Below, piece by piece: positions 40,114-54,433 of a stretch of DNA of 64,000 bases. The notes under the pieces were generated by a model. The model saw only the letters and a program-made list of their open reading frames with translations. It did not search any database and was not told the origin of the DNA. Numbering within the stretch: position 1 is the first letter of the stretch; each line of letters begins with the position of its first letter. The stretch lies in contig NC_068982.1 of assembly GCF_001194135.2 (NCBI RefSeq), positions 98,789,159 to 98,853,158 of the forward strand. The letters run 5' to 3'. Origin of the DNA: Octopus bimaculoides (lineage: Eukaryota). A program made the translations under genes and the position numbers.

Positions 40114-43100
40114 AGTATAGGAAATCAACACAGCAAATATTCAGAAATCATTGCCAAAACATCTCCATTTCACAGCTGCTATTCATCCTGACATGATAAT
40201 GACTAACATAATAATAAGAAACTTTTTTTTGTGTTTATCATAAAATTATCTCAGAGATCATAGTCATTCCCTAATAATCTCAGCTGATGATAAGGAAAAT
40301 AAAAAGTTTTCTTTTTTTTTTTTTTTCAACCAGAAACTGAAGCTTCTATAATACTAAATCATTTTTTAAATTCTGTTTTCACAAAGGCCTTGAAATATAA
40401 AATTTTCTTGACAAAGAACAAGTCAGTTTTGGAGTCTCCTCTCTACATCAGTTCTAAGAAAACTAAAACTAAAGGTCAAGGTTTTAATTCCTTTGTAAGT
40501 TGTTTTATTCTCTGTCAGAAATATAATATTAGTCAACAATAGTCAAGAGAAAATAAGGTCAGTACTACACAATAACTAGTATAACTATTATCTCAGGCAG
40601 AAATATAGCACTGACCTGCATCAGTAGATCAGCATTCAACAACATTGACAATTACAAAAAAAGGAACAACACTTAACTAGACACAAGATAATATACAAAA
40701 CATATACACATCACACAAAAAATAATATATGAAAAGAAATTCTAATTGAAAATATACTTCTGTGGCAATTATATACTTCTGTGCAACAAAGAGGAAATAA
40801 GAGAGACTAGAGAACTGTACAAGCATTTAGTTGTGTTTAGTTACATTATCCCGATGATCATATCACTGAAGAAATGAATACAAGGATGGTCAGAATCTGT
40901 ATTGTTGAACCCTTTATGGCAGCAACAAGCATATATGTTTTGAGACATGACCTGGAAGGAGTGAGGAGTGGCAGCTGACCACCACTACATGCAGAGCATA
41001 AAGCATAAGTGAGTAAAGTCAAGGTAAATCAATTTATCTCCAAAAGCTGTGGTCTGTTTTAAGCAACTACGACCACTGTATGTATCCTTCATTATTTGTA
41101 GTCTGATTTAAGCAATTTCTATCATTGCATCCTTTATTAGCTGTAGTCTGGTTTAAGCAATTTCTACCATTGTATCCATTATGAGCTGTAGTCTGATTTA
41201 AGCAACTACGACCACTGTATGTATCCTTCATTATTTGTAGTCTGATTTAAGCAATTTCTATCATTGCATCCTTTATTAGCTGTAGTCTGATTTAAGCAAT
41301 TTCTACCATTGTATCCTTCGTTAGCTGTAGTCTGATTTAAGCAATTTCTACCATTGTATCCTTCGTCAGCTGTAGTCTGTTTTAAGCAATTTCTACCATT
41401 GTATCCTTTATTAGCTGTAGTCTGATTTAAGCAATTGCTATCATTATATCCTTCGAATAGACAAAGCCATATAGCACTGTTATTCACTTCCTAATACTAA
41501 CCTTCCAGAGGTTAGATATATTATCCTACATAGCACAACGCTTATCTATCTCTCTAACAGTGATCAGACACATAACTACTTAAACCATAATACTGTAGCA
41601 CCTGGTTCATTGTTGAATGGCAACCAACATACAGTCAGCCTGACATTGGCTGACAATAAGAACAGCAGTATTCAGTGAAAAAAAAGAACAAAAGCAAAAC
41701 ATAAGCTTAAAAACACCATTAATGAGTCAGTAAATGGATAATGTAAAGTATTAGCAGTCGAGATACACAAAAAAAAGATTGCTGTGTTGCAAATCTGTTG
41801 AGCCCATGTCGATGTGGGAAAAATGGACAAAAATCCAACAATGATGACATTTGATATATCCAATGCATTTTAAATGTATCAGATGCACTGGAGAAATCAA
41901 CTGCAAGTGAAAGTACAAGAAGACTTCATAGTAAAAGGATAAACTAAAAAAACATTCAGAAAGAAAATCAGGAACGTCTCTCTCTTTATCAGTCCATAAA
42001 TCTTAAGTACACCTATGTTGAAACTAAAAGACTGACACGTAAAGCAACTTAACAAATGACCATTTTAAATGCAATAAACTCAATTATTTACAAAAGCCTT
42101 CCTTTTTTGTGATTAAGCCATTGTTTGAATATAAGATTTAAGTGAATAAGTTTTTTACCACTAACTTAAGTGGATGTCCTTGTTGCTCTAGCGACATCAC
42201 AAATAATTTGTAGGTAAACAAAGATCATTCTCAATGGGTGGTCATATTTTTCTACTTCTTATAATTCATTTGAAAAATCTTACTAGCATTTCTGTATTTG
42301 GAAATTGACTGGTTGTTTTCTGATATTTAAGCAGTGGCACTTTACTCTCGAATGTTCCATTTTCACTAAGTTTGCTTCGAAGTCCTCAATGAAAAGGATA
42401 ATTTTGAGTTACAAATGCTTCTAACTTCTTTGTTCTGTATTTCAGAAACATTCAGGAAGTACCTGTAACCATTTCATGCAAATTGCTACTTCAGAGAATG
42501 CCTCTGTTTGGTCACTGTTTTAAAATATTCATTTCACTGAATCGATGTAAATAATAGATTTGAGTTCTTTTTTTTTTTTTTACATCATAGATACAATACC
42601 ATGAGCATTATATTACAATTTAATTTCAATTGGAGTCAGAAACAGCTATGGAGTTACTCGGAATAGATACAATTTTACTGACTAAACTCAGTAATTGCTT
42701 GCAAATCTAACTCCACAGCTCCAGTCAGAACTCATAACATTATACCATGGCTAAAGCAACAAAGAAATGAGATATAAGAGCAGATGCTGAATTGCAGACT
42801 TAATCCATGACAGCATCAACAATGACGATGATGAGGAGCAAGCATATAAACTGGCAACTGTATAATTTAGAAAATATTTCAAATTGTCTAAAAACATTTG
42901 ACTATCATCATTTTGTGCCTGTTTTCCCATGCTGTCATGGTTGGACAGATCTTGTCATTTGTTGCACTTTGCATCAGTTTGCTCTTAACACAACAGAGAA
43001 AACTGACCAAATTTCTTGTTGTGTATGTCTTGCAATGTAGATTGGATGCATTTTATCATACCACTAGCACTAGAAAGGTTGCCCCAAATAAGAGGACAAA

Positions 43101-46100
43101 GGAGGTTATCTCTATGCTTATATCACTTCTTATTCAGAATTATTACTTTCTAATAGTTTGTGATGTCAATGCTTTATTTGTACATTTCATTTTCAAATGT
43201 ATAATATATAATTCTCTTAGGGTTTCGAAATTTCTTTATTTTTAGAGTGTAGAGCATATGTCTTTAACAATAAACGTACCAAATTGATTTGTCTTTCGTA
43301 GGTCATCAGACTGTTAACAAATTTGCCAAGCATATAAATGGTTAAAAGACCACAGGTCTTGTCTTGCACAAGTTGTTACATAATTAAGAGACCAAATATC
43401 CCTGTGAACAAGGGGGGAAAGTTACCTATTCTACTAACATAGCAGTTCAAACAATATCAAACACACAATTTTAACTAACCTCAACCTAGCATCACCAAGT
43501 TTATGGAGTCTGCTGCAGTCTTCCATTTCTGGAAGTATGTATAGTCTAAGTAATAGATCCAATTTTCTTCATTGTTGTACTGAAATGGCATAGCTGATGT
43601 GTTTACACCAAACAAATAGAGTCAATATTTATATTGAAACTCAAAATAGAAACCTAAAAAGAAAACAGTTCTAATAAACATGGGATAATTTCTATAATAT
43701 TCTCAACAGATATGACTTTGTTTATCTAATTACAAAAGAGGGACATTATCAAAATAAATGAAATGAAATAGTTCCAATTCAGAATTATAAACAAAAATTG
43801 AGGCCACACTACCATACAATACAAAAGATGTAAGTAATTCATATTTGTGAGTTAATTAATTGGGAAATCAATGTGTTATCAGGAGGGCAGGGATGGTTTA
43901 TTGTATATGATCTGTCAATTGAATCTAATGACCCACCTCTGAGAATTGCTCCACTTGGTAAGGAGTGGGTTTGTGCTAGCAATAATATACAAAGTAGTAA
44001 ATAGATCAGAGGTTACTTAAAACATTTCACAGAAACTCTTAACTAATTGCTAGGTCTATTCAAATAAGAATTTGAACTTGGTATAGCAAACATTTGAACA
44101 AACACTTGTTAGTTCTATATTGTTATCACTGCTTACAATAACGAATTTACCTTCTCTATCATAGCAACATTCAGCTAGAAAGATCAAGTCATCTCAAAGT
44201 GTTGGTGATATGGATACACTGTAATGATGATGACTCACAGGAACTCCTGAGAGATTTACTGGAAAGTCCACACCCTAAGAACTTTAAATAACTAATAATA
44301 TAATAACAATCACTGATGAACTACATGAAATAGGAAACCTTCTCAAATAAATGATCCTTAAATAAATCCAGGGCAACATCTCCTAAATAGTTCAAATAGT
44401 ACAATTGTTAATAGAAAATTCAGTTCACCCCTACAGAGGTATACATATATAGAGTAGATTTCATTTATGTGTACAACTGTGCATATATAAAATTCAGATT
44501 CACAAAACAAATGAAAATAGAAAGTATGAAACTTTTAGTAAAATAGAGACATAGATTCTAGTTTGTAATGAAACCTACATCATAGAAGATAATTGAGTTT
44601 AACATGCACACTAACAAGTATAAAAGAACAGCAACTATTATACTTCCATCAAGTTCACAATAGCTGTCTCTGCTCTGACAGTGATTACTATGTACGAGCA
44701 TACAGAAACAACAGACTGCCACACTATACACTATGCAGCTAATCTCTACATGCTTGGGGTGAACACCTTGCTCTGAATTAGGTGCATGCAGGTTTTACTT
44801 GAATCAGAGTTTCACCTGCTTACCAGCCATAGATATGTTCAATTCAGGTTCACCTGGGATTATACAACAACAATCAAAAAGTTTAGTGATGACACATACA
44901 CCAATATTTTAGAAGCCTTCCTTTAATATACTCACTGGAATAAAGCAAGTTACAGATGACTGAGTTGAGAGTTACAGACAACCACGTTAATAAAATGTCA
45001 GACTTCCGTTTGATTAGTCAATATCGCTAGTATACGGTTCATATCCAAGGTACTTACTATAACTCATTGCCGCTTAGTCTAAGTCGACCCCACCACTGTA
45101 AGCAGTAGAAATACTATCAAATTGACAAGTATTTTGTGAACTTGCCTTGGTGCATTCTTTTGAAAAGCAACCCAATGTAATCGTCATGTGATGTTAAAAT
45201 CACCAGGATCAGAAGCAGATCAATCAATCCATGTCACTATCAACAACCAAACAAATAGCCCACATAGTCTCTATCAAATACCAAAAAGGCAGAAACAAAA
45301 AAATAAAAATCTCAAACTAATGTTGGATTTTTAGTGGATTTTTAAAGTGGGGTATTACTACTTTTTTTAAAATAGGTCAAGCTAAGATCATACAAAAGTT
45401 GTGTAGTTGATTAGATTACATACATTTACTGCAACTTAAATAACATCTTATAACCGATATTATACATTACTCACCAAGATTTTCATTAAAAATATTTACT
45501 ACAAATAGATTTATATAAGCTTATGGACATCCAAAATGCAATACCTTCATATCTCTTATATTGATGTTGTGTATGTCTATATAGAATATAAATAAATTAT
45601 GTCATAAAGTAATTATAGTGGTCACTGAAATTGGACATGAACAGCTCTGCTAGAGTCACAAATCCTGTCACATGATGTCTTGTCAGCCACTTCATATTGG
45701 GACGGATTATTCAACTAATATCCAACATAGTAATATTGGATACCTCAGTAATGATTCCATGAACTATGTTAAGAAGAAATGTTATATGCACTCCATAGTA
45801 TAACCATTAACATGGTACCTAATGAGAAATAGCTATTTGGTTCAAGTCCTATCATTGAGCCTGTTACTCTTGTCTGAAATTTAAGAATATATTTTACATT
45901 AAAATCTTATCAGTTGATTCATAATGATTGTGGTCATTTCATCTCCAGGGGAGTTTTCCAAATATTCTAATTATTGGAAGTTGTCTGTTTTCTACTAAAA
46001 GGTCACACACATACATATCATCATTATCCTTTTTAACATCTGTGAATGAGATTTCTCTAACTGCATACTAGCAGGGGTGGGTTGAATACATTTAGACTCA

Positions 46101-46406
46101 GAATAACAGAGACACACTTTATTAGGAAGCAACCACCTAACCTGAACCATTGTAATGAGCTAGATGCATGAAACCATGTCTACCGCTTCTAGGATCTTTA
46201 CTCATGAAAGAACGGAAAATATGAATTAAGAAGTCTAATGAAGAAACCTCAGTTTGAAAGCATTCACTAAATAAGCTACAGTGCCCAGCAACAAGACTCA
46301 TTCCAGGTCACATATAGGATAAACTATTTTATCAACCTTCCAAATTATCTATCTAACCTCCTATTAATTCCTCTACCTCCCTATCCATATACACATACAC
46401 TGACAT

Positions 46407-46438
<32 letters not shown>

Positions 46439-49400
46439 TATATATAAAACAATAAATGGCAAATCTATGTATTTGTGAATTTGTTACCTAAACTCCTCCG
46501 AGACTATCCAACAGACCTTGATGAAACTTGACACGTGTGTGGGGTTTATGCCCATGTGGTCACTTACTCATTTGGAATTTTTTTTAAAATCGATTTCTAA
46601 TCAGCATCGATCTTTCAAAAATCATAAAATTTCGGCATTCTTTGCACTAGCCATAGTGACATCAATTTGATGAAAAATGCCGAAATTTAATGACAAATGT
46701 TTCATGGGTATAAACAGACAGTTTATTAACAGTAATCTATTTCGCATTTGCAAATTTTTCATTTCAATGTGAACTGTTTTGATTTACTAAAACTTATTAT
46801 TTCAATTCGTTATTTTAATTCCNNNNNNNNNNNNNNNNNNNNNNNNNNNNNNNNNNNNNNNNNNNNNNNNNNNNNNNNNNNNNNNNNNNNNNNNNNNNNN
46901 NNNNNNNNNNNNNNNNNNNNNNNNNNNNNNNNNNNNNNNNNNNNNNNNNNNNNNNNNNNNNNNNNNNNNNNNNNNNNNNNNNNNNNNNNNNNNNNNNNNN
47001 NNNNNNNNNNNNNNNNNNNNNNNNNNNNNNNNNNNNNNNNNNNNNNNNNNNNNNNNNNNNNNNNNNNNNNNNNNNNNNNNNNNNNNNNNNNNNNNNNNNN
47101 NNNNNNNNNNNNNNNNNNNNNNNNNNNNNNNNNNNNNNNNNNNNNNNNNNNNNNNNNNNNNNNNNNNNNNNNNNNNNNNNNNNNNNNNNNNNNNNNNNNN
47201 NNNNNNNNNNNNNNNNNNNNNNNNNNNNNNNNNNNNNNNNNNNNNNNNNNNNNNNNNNNNNNNNNNNNNNNNNNNNNNNNNNNNNNNNNNNNNNNNNNNN
47301 NNNNNNNNNNNNNNNNNNNNNNNNNNNNNNNNNNNNNNNNNNNNNNNNNNNNNNNNNNNNNNNNNNNNNNNNNNNNNNNNNNNNNNNNNNNNNNNNNNNN
47401 NNNNNNNNNNNNNNNNNNNNNNNNNNNNNNNNNNNNNNNNNNNNNNNNNNNNNNNNNNNNNNNNNNNNNNNNNNNNNNNNNNNNNNNNNNNNNNNNNNNN
47501 NNNNNNNNNNNNNNNNNNNNTATATATATATATATATATATCAGTCTATCTGTCCATCCAGCTATCAACTCATTTATCTATTTGCCCTTCCATCTGCCTA
47601 CCTATCTACTTTCACATTTTCATGACTACTTTTACACTACCTTTTTGAAAATGCTTTTAAATTTTTAAATCTTTAAAACATTTATATTTATGAATCTTTA
47701 AAGCTTTGATATCCGAGATCTTTAAAAAAAAAAATTTATATCCACCAATCTATGACAGAAAACTGTACTCTACTATTTCTATTGTAATCTATGTTTCACT
47801 CAACTTTATTTACTTTCATTCTCCCACTTCATTATATCTTATCCTGTTTCTTTTTATTTTATTTTATTCTAGTTCTTCTCCTCTTCCTCCCTACCTATCC
47901 TACTAATGGCGTTACCCTGTTATCTAACTAAATTCCAGTCCCACGTTGCTCCGATACAGCAACACATTAATTATATATACAAGGAGGTACCCAAAAGTAA
48001 CTGGAAATGTTCTCTGTGGGACAAGGTCATTGTAGTTCAGGCTTCACCGCTAGAAGCCACATGATATGTCTTTGTTTTGCAGTGCTTCTCCTGTGTTTGT
48101 CAATTTTTGTGATGGCTGAAACAAAGGAACAGCATGCTTCCATGAAATTCTGTTTTCTGCTGGGGAAAACAGCACCCGAAACAGTTGTCATCCTCCAAAC
48201 AACTTACCAGGATGCTGCCAAAACAGTTGTCATGCTTCAAACAGCTTATAAGGGAGCTGCCATGAGCAAAATACAAGTTTATGAGTGGTTTTCACACTTT
48301 AGGAATGGTCATTTGTCACTTGAAGACCAACCTCGTTCAAGGCTACCATTGACCTCCCAGACAAATGAAAACATCACAAAACTTCATGAACTGATCTTAG
48401 AGGACCATCACCAGATAATTGACTAAGTTGTTGATATGACTGGTGTGTCCTGGAGCTCCTGCCAACGAATTTTGAGTGATGAATTGCGAATGAAAAGAGT
48501 TGCAGCAAAATTTATGCCTCGCTGGCTCAAGGATGATCAAAAGCAGACACGGCTGAATGCATATTGTGAAGTGAAAGAACAGTTGGAACTTGATCTGGAC
48601 TTTTATTCAAAGGTCATCACTGGTGACGGAAGGTGGTGCTACAATTATGATCTGCAAATGAAGCGGCATTCAAGCCAATAGAAGCATTCAATGTCATCGT
48701 GCCCCAAAAAAGCATGTCAGGTGAAGTCCAATGTCAAGACAATGCTGATCTGTTTCATTAATGCAAAAGGAATTGTCTACACAAAACTTGTTCCTCCTGA
48801 TCAAACTGTTAACCAGATATTTTACTAGGCAGTTCTGAAGCATTTGCGAGATGTGGTGAGATGAAAACACTCCAACATGCATGTGGCACAGTTTTTGACT
48901 AAAAATGGCATGACCTCACTTACCCACCCAATCTTGCTCCCTGTGACATTTTTTGTTCCCCAAATGATAAAAGTCCTTAAATGAAAACGTTTTGCAGATG
49001 TGGAAGAGGTGAAGAAAAAACAACGGAGGCATTAAAAGGCATCACTTTCCAAGAGTTCCAGGACTGATTTGAACAGTGGAAAACACCTCCAGACCAATGC
49101 ACTGTTTCAAATGGAGAATACTTTGAAGGCAGTAAAAGTTAAACGTAAAATTATGTGAATAGAATAATATTGCAAAATTTCAGTTTATTTTGGGTATCCC
49201 CTTGTATATGTATATATATATATAGTCATATAATCCCTCTGCACTGAGTCCACTCTGCAGAGTGGTTGGTGTTAGGAAGGGCATCCAGCCATTAAAACCC
49301 TGCCAAAACAGACACAGTAGCATAGGGTAGCTTTTCCACCTGGTCAACTCCTGTGAACTGTCCTACCCATGCATGCATGGATGATGAAGATGATGAATCA

Positions 49401-50554
49401 TAAGCATGTACAGAAGACTTCTCACATACACACCTGTATATACACACACTCACATGTGCACACACTGGTACACACACACAAATACTCCTATTTTTCTATC
49501 TAAAACTTTCTTTGGTTATCTAATATATCCTCCGTATATGTCCAATTGACTTTTGTTGTCTTTTCCTATCTTTTATTCATGGATTTGCCTATAATATATT
49601 GGGTCATCCCATAAATAACATGGTTTTTTTCAGTTGCATGAACTAAAAAAAAGTCAGAGGGGGATAGGATAAACTACTTGCATCATTGCTATAAAAGCAG
49701 GTAGTAATTTTACCTTGTCCTTATTCTTAGTGCAAATTTTGAAAAGTGCAGTTCGATTTTAACAGTTATTTTTTCAAAGCTATAATGAAAGTGACAAAGG
49801 CGCATATTCGGCATATTTTGTTTTATGAATTCAATAAAGCAACAACACAACGGGAAGTGTGAGGAATATTAATGCAGTATATGGGAATTGGTCAATAAGC
49901 GTAAGCTAGCGTCAATGGTGGTTCCAGAAATTCCAAGCCAGAAACTACAGCCTAGTGGGTAGGGAAAGGAAAAACACCAGCATCCCAGGCTAAAGAAGGT
50001 CTTCACCCACATATGGTGTTATTATCTGTTTGGTGGGATATGAAATGTTAAGTCCACTTTGAACTTTTAAACTCAAACCAAGCAATAACAAAGGAGATCT
50101 ACTGCAAGCAGCTTGAGTGGCTTAAGTCAGCGCTAGCAGAAAAATGACCATCTTTGGTTTCAAGACGAAAGGTGTTCTTTCTTCCATCAGAATAATGCTT
50201 GGCCATATACAGCAAGGATGACATTTCAAAGGCTGGAGCAGTTTGTAATGGGAAATGATGCCTCACCCACCATATTCGCCAGACATTGCCCCGTCCGATT
50301 ATCATTTATTCCGCAGTCTTAATAATCATCTGGACAGAAAAAATATTAATTCTGTAGACAAGGCCAGAACAGTACTGGAGGAGAATTTTTTGTCCCGGAC
50401 AAGTGAATTTTGGAAGAGAGGCCTTGCAAGTCTACCAGATAGATGGCAGAGCATTGTAGAAAATGAAGGAAAGCATATTTTAGATTAAAAAATAACTTTA
50501 TCTTAATTTTGAAAAATAAAAGAAGTATAAAAAAACCGCATTATTTATGGGATG

Positions 50555-50600
<46 letters not shown>

Positions 50601-53600
50601 TATATATAGTTCACAGATGAGATCCAGAGATTCTCCATATACAAGACACTTAGTAGTACTCAAAAGAGTCAAACTTAGACTCTGATGTCTTTACAGTGGA
50701 TCAATTTCGCATTGTTAAGAAAGGCAATAAGAGAGATCAAGTTGAGATATATATCTTATCTCTTATACATGTCAGTCATTGGACTGCTGCCATGCTGGTC
50801 CACCAACTTGGGGTTAGTTGAACACAATGACACCAGTACTTTTCTAAGTCTGGTACTTATTCTATCAGTCTATTTTGGCAAACCACTAAGCCATAAGGAT
50901 GTAAACAAACCAACACTGGTTGTCAAGCTGTGATTGGGGGGGGGGGCACAAAGACACACATATATTTATGACATGCTCCCACAGTTTCCTTATACCACAT
51001 TCACTCACAAGGTGCTAGTCAGCCTGGGGTTACAGTAAAAGACACAAAGTGTCACACAGTGAAACCACATAGTTACAAATTGAATTTCTCAATCACACAA
51101 CTATGCTTGTACCCCATCATCATCATTTAACATCCTTGTTACACAGTAGCACGGGTTGGATGGTTCGACAGGATTCAACTGGTCCAAGGAATGTATTGTA
51201 CTCCAGAATCTGCTTTGGAACATGGTTTCTATGACTGAGTGCCCTTCCAACACCAATGTGTTACAATGTGTACTGGGTGCTGATTTTTCATGCTATTTGC
51301 ACTAACAAGGTTGCCATGAAACTTGCAAGACTACAAACCCAGAGAGGGGAAACATTATGCTAGGAGATGAGGGGAGGGGGGCTAAAGTATGATAGAAGGG
51401 ACTAAACCAAAACAGATTCCTTGCTGTAGAGAGGCCGCATGAATACTCACATTTTAGGAGAGGGTGAGGAATAATCAAAGTGGAGCAGGAAGTAGATAGA
51501 AACAATGGTAATGCAGTGTCTGTGTGGGCCCTTAAGGAACAAGGTGAGTAAAATTTAATAGGCACAGAAGAACCAGGAGTGTGGGTGGGTGGCAGTTGCA
51601 AGGCTATATGGGAGAATGAGAAATGGGGAATGGATGAAGTGGTGAATATGAGTGAAGAACAAGTGTTGAGTGGATAAGCAGGGGAGGTAGGAAAGAGTAG
51701 GTGACAATGGTAGAGACTAGACAGGATTGAGGGATGGATGTAATGAATAATGCAAATGTTTCTGGGTGTCTCTTCATTTGCCATTTTCAGATCAGCAAGA
51801 AGTAAACCAATTCTACAAATTCTTTCCCAGCACATCAAAGCAAACAAGCTTACTAGTACATATGTTATGATATATATTAGACATCACATATAATATATAT
51901 ATATATATATACATAATAATGAGCTTATTATATATATAGTACTCAGGTGCACTACAACTTATCAGAAAAGACTAAAAGGGAGGACAGAAAGCAGATGTAT
52001 ATGTCAAATGAAGGAAGACACCAATGAAGGCTAGAAGTACATGCACAGTATACAGAATGAAACACAAAACTATAGATAAATGGACATTAAACCCATATAT
52101 ACCCCTGGTTGCCTTTTCACAATGCAAAACCTGCTCCTACTTGTTTGGACATGAATTCGCCAGGAAGCATCTGACTGAGCAGATGAAATGTCCAGTAGGT
52201 AGTCAACACCTGTAGCTAACAGTTGCATACTGTCCTTCTCTTCCAGATTGTGAAAGCTTACCATAACTTTTAATCTAAATACACTAAAATTTTAAGACTT
52301 CATTTTTTTTTTTTATGGGAATATATGGGTTAAAATAATCATAAAGAGGAAAAGGTGCATAGGCATGTCAGGAATAGTGTTGGTGAATGTCAAAAAAAGC
52401 AGCCATTAAAAGATGATGATGACTGCTGCACTTTTTTTATTTTTGAGATTTTATAAGCATGTCCACATGTGACAGAGGTAGGAAATTAAAAAAACTGGCT
52501 AAAGTTATTGTTCAGAATGTTATTGTGGCATCATGACTAGCTTTTTTCAATCATGTATAAAGGCTAGCCTTCAGCCCATATCATCATCATCATTTAATAT
52601 CCACTTTTCCACACTTGCATGGGTTGGATGGAGTTTATTGAAGTAGATTTTCTATGGCCAGATACCTTGCTGTCATCAACCCTCACCTGTTTCCAAGTTA
52701 GGTAATATTTCACCATAACCTGACATGTTTTCATGGCAGATTGGAAATGAATGACACTGCTTGTATTACAGTGACACTCATTTACAATTATCACAGGACA
52801 TCAAGATGAAGAGAGACAAAAACACGCACACTATGAGCTTTTTTCAGTTTCCATCAACCAAATCTACACATAAGGCTTTGGGCAACCTAGGGTTATAGTA
52901 GATGACGCTTGGCAAAGTGTCACACAAAGGGACTGAACTCAGAACTATGCAGCTGCTAAGTTACAGGGACGTAAACACACCTGCATCGGTTGTCAAGCAA
53001 TGCTTGGGAGGACAAAACACACACACAAACATATACATGTGTGTGTGCCATCATCATCATCATCATTGTTTAACGTCTGCTTTCCATGCTAGCATGGGTT
53101 GGACGATTTGACTGAGGACTTGTGAAACCAGATGGCAACACCAGCCTCCAATCTGATTTGCCAGTTTCTACAGCTGGATGCCCTTCCTAACGCCATATAT
53201 ATATATATATGACACGTCTTTCAGTTTCCATCTACCAAGTCCACTCAAGAGGCTTTGGTCAGCCCAAAGCTATAGCAGAAGACACTAGCTCAAGGTGCCA
53301 TGCAGTGGGACTGAACCCAAAACCATGTGGTTGGTAAGCAAGCTACATACCACACAGCCACTCCTGCACATACACACACACATCATCATCATCATCGTTT
53401 AACGTCCGCTTTCCATGCTAGCATGGGTTGGACAATTTGACTGAGGACTGATGAAACTGGATAGCAACACCAGGCGCCAATCTGATTTGGCAGGGTTTCT
53501 ACAGCTGGATGCCCTTCCTAACACACATATATATATATAATACATTAAAAGTCAGTTTCAATTTTGCTTGCTTGCAATGTTACCCAGGTAAACTGGCATA

Positions 53601-54390
53601 TAATAGGAAAATACTATGAATTAAATTTACCTTAAAATGTTAATAGGAATGGAATGAAACAAGTTTCACGTAAATTGGAGCAGTAATTATTGAGATATTC
53701 AAGGTTTGGGGTATAAATACCCAAAACAGTACATAATGTGAAAATGTTTCGAATTTAACTTCATCCTAAAAGGGAAGAAATTAGACTGATTTGACAACAG
53801 AAAAACATGATTTGTTTTTTTACAGCAAATATATATACATACAACCTTCAACAGAGCAACAGTCACATATACAACTTGAACATATACCTATATCAGTACA
53901 TAAACATATGCTTACATATACATACACACAAATGCAGATACGTCTACACACTTACATACGTAAATGCTCACATACATACATGCATGCATACATATATGTG
54001 TATATACATGCATACGCATGTACACATCTGCATGCATACATACACACATACATATATATATCATGAACTTCGTAACCTTGGGTTATTTTTTCGAGTGCAT
54101 TCAGCGTTATCTCACCGCCAAAGATTTGGCTGCTATTTCTAGCAGGCCCCGCTACTACGTAACAGTTATTTGCGATAAAGGATCTGACATATCTGTTACA
54201 TGGTAGCAGGGTGTGCAAGAAATAGCAGCCAAATCTTTCTTTTTCTGGGGGGAAAGGAGCCGTTTACAGGTAATTTCAATGTCACATTCATTGAAAGCAT
54301 GTGAAATAACCTGGAAAAGAAAAGACCCACAAAACAAAACTCTGTTGCTGGGAAACTGAGTTTCCCAGTGACCCAACAGGTCATGGGTAG

Positions 54391-54433
<43 letters not shown>

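Noticed and set aside
41049-41455. CRISPR array, or a 15-aa repeat protein (ORF 41206-41487)
   Set aside because: Units are contiguous with no unique spacers, there are no cas genes, the context is eukaryotic, and the 49-bp units break the reading frame.
47905-47930. ttaccctgttatc resembling a mitochondrial 16S or I-SceI motif
   Set aside because: The match is too short and the flanks show no rRNA similarity.
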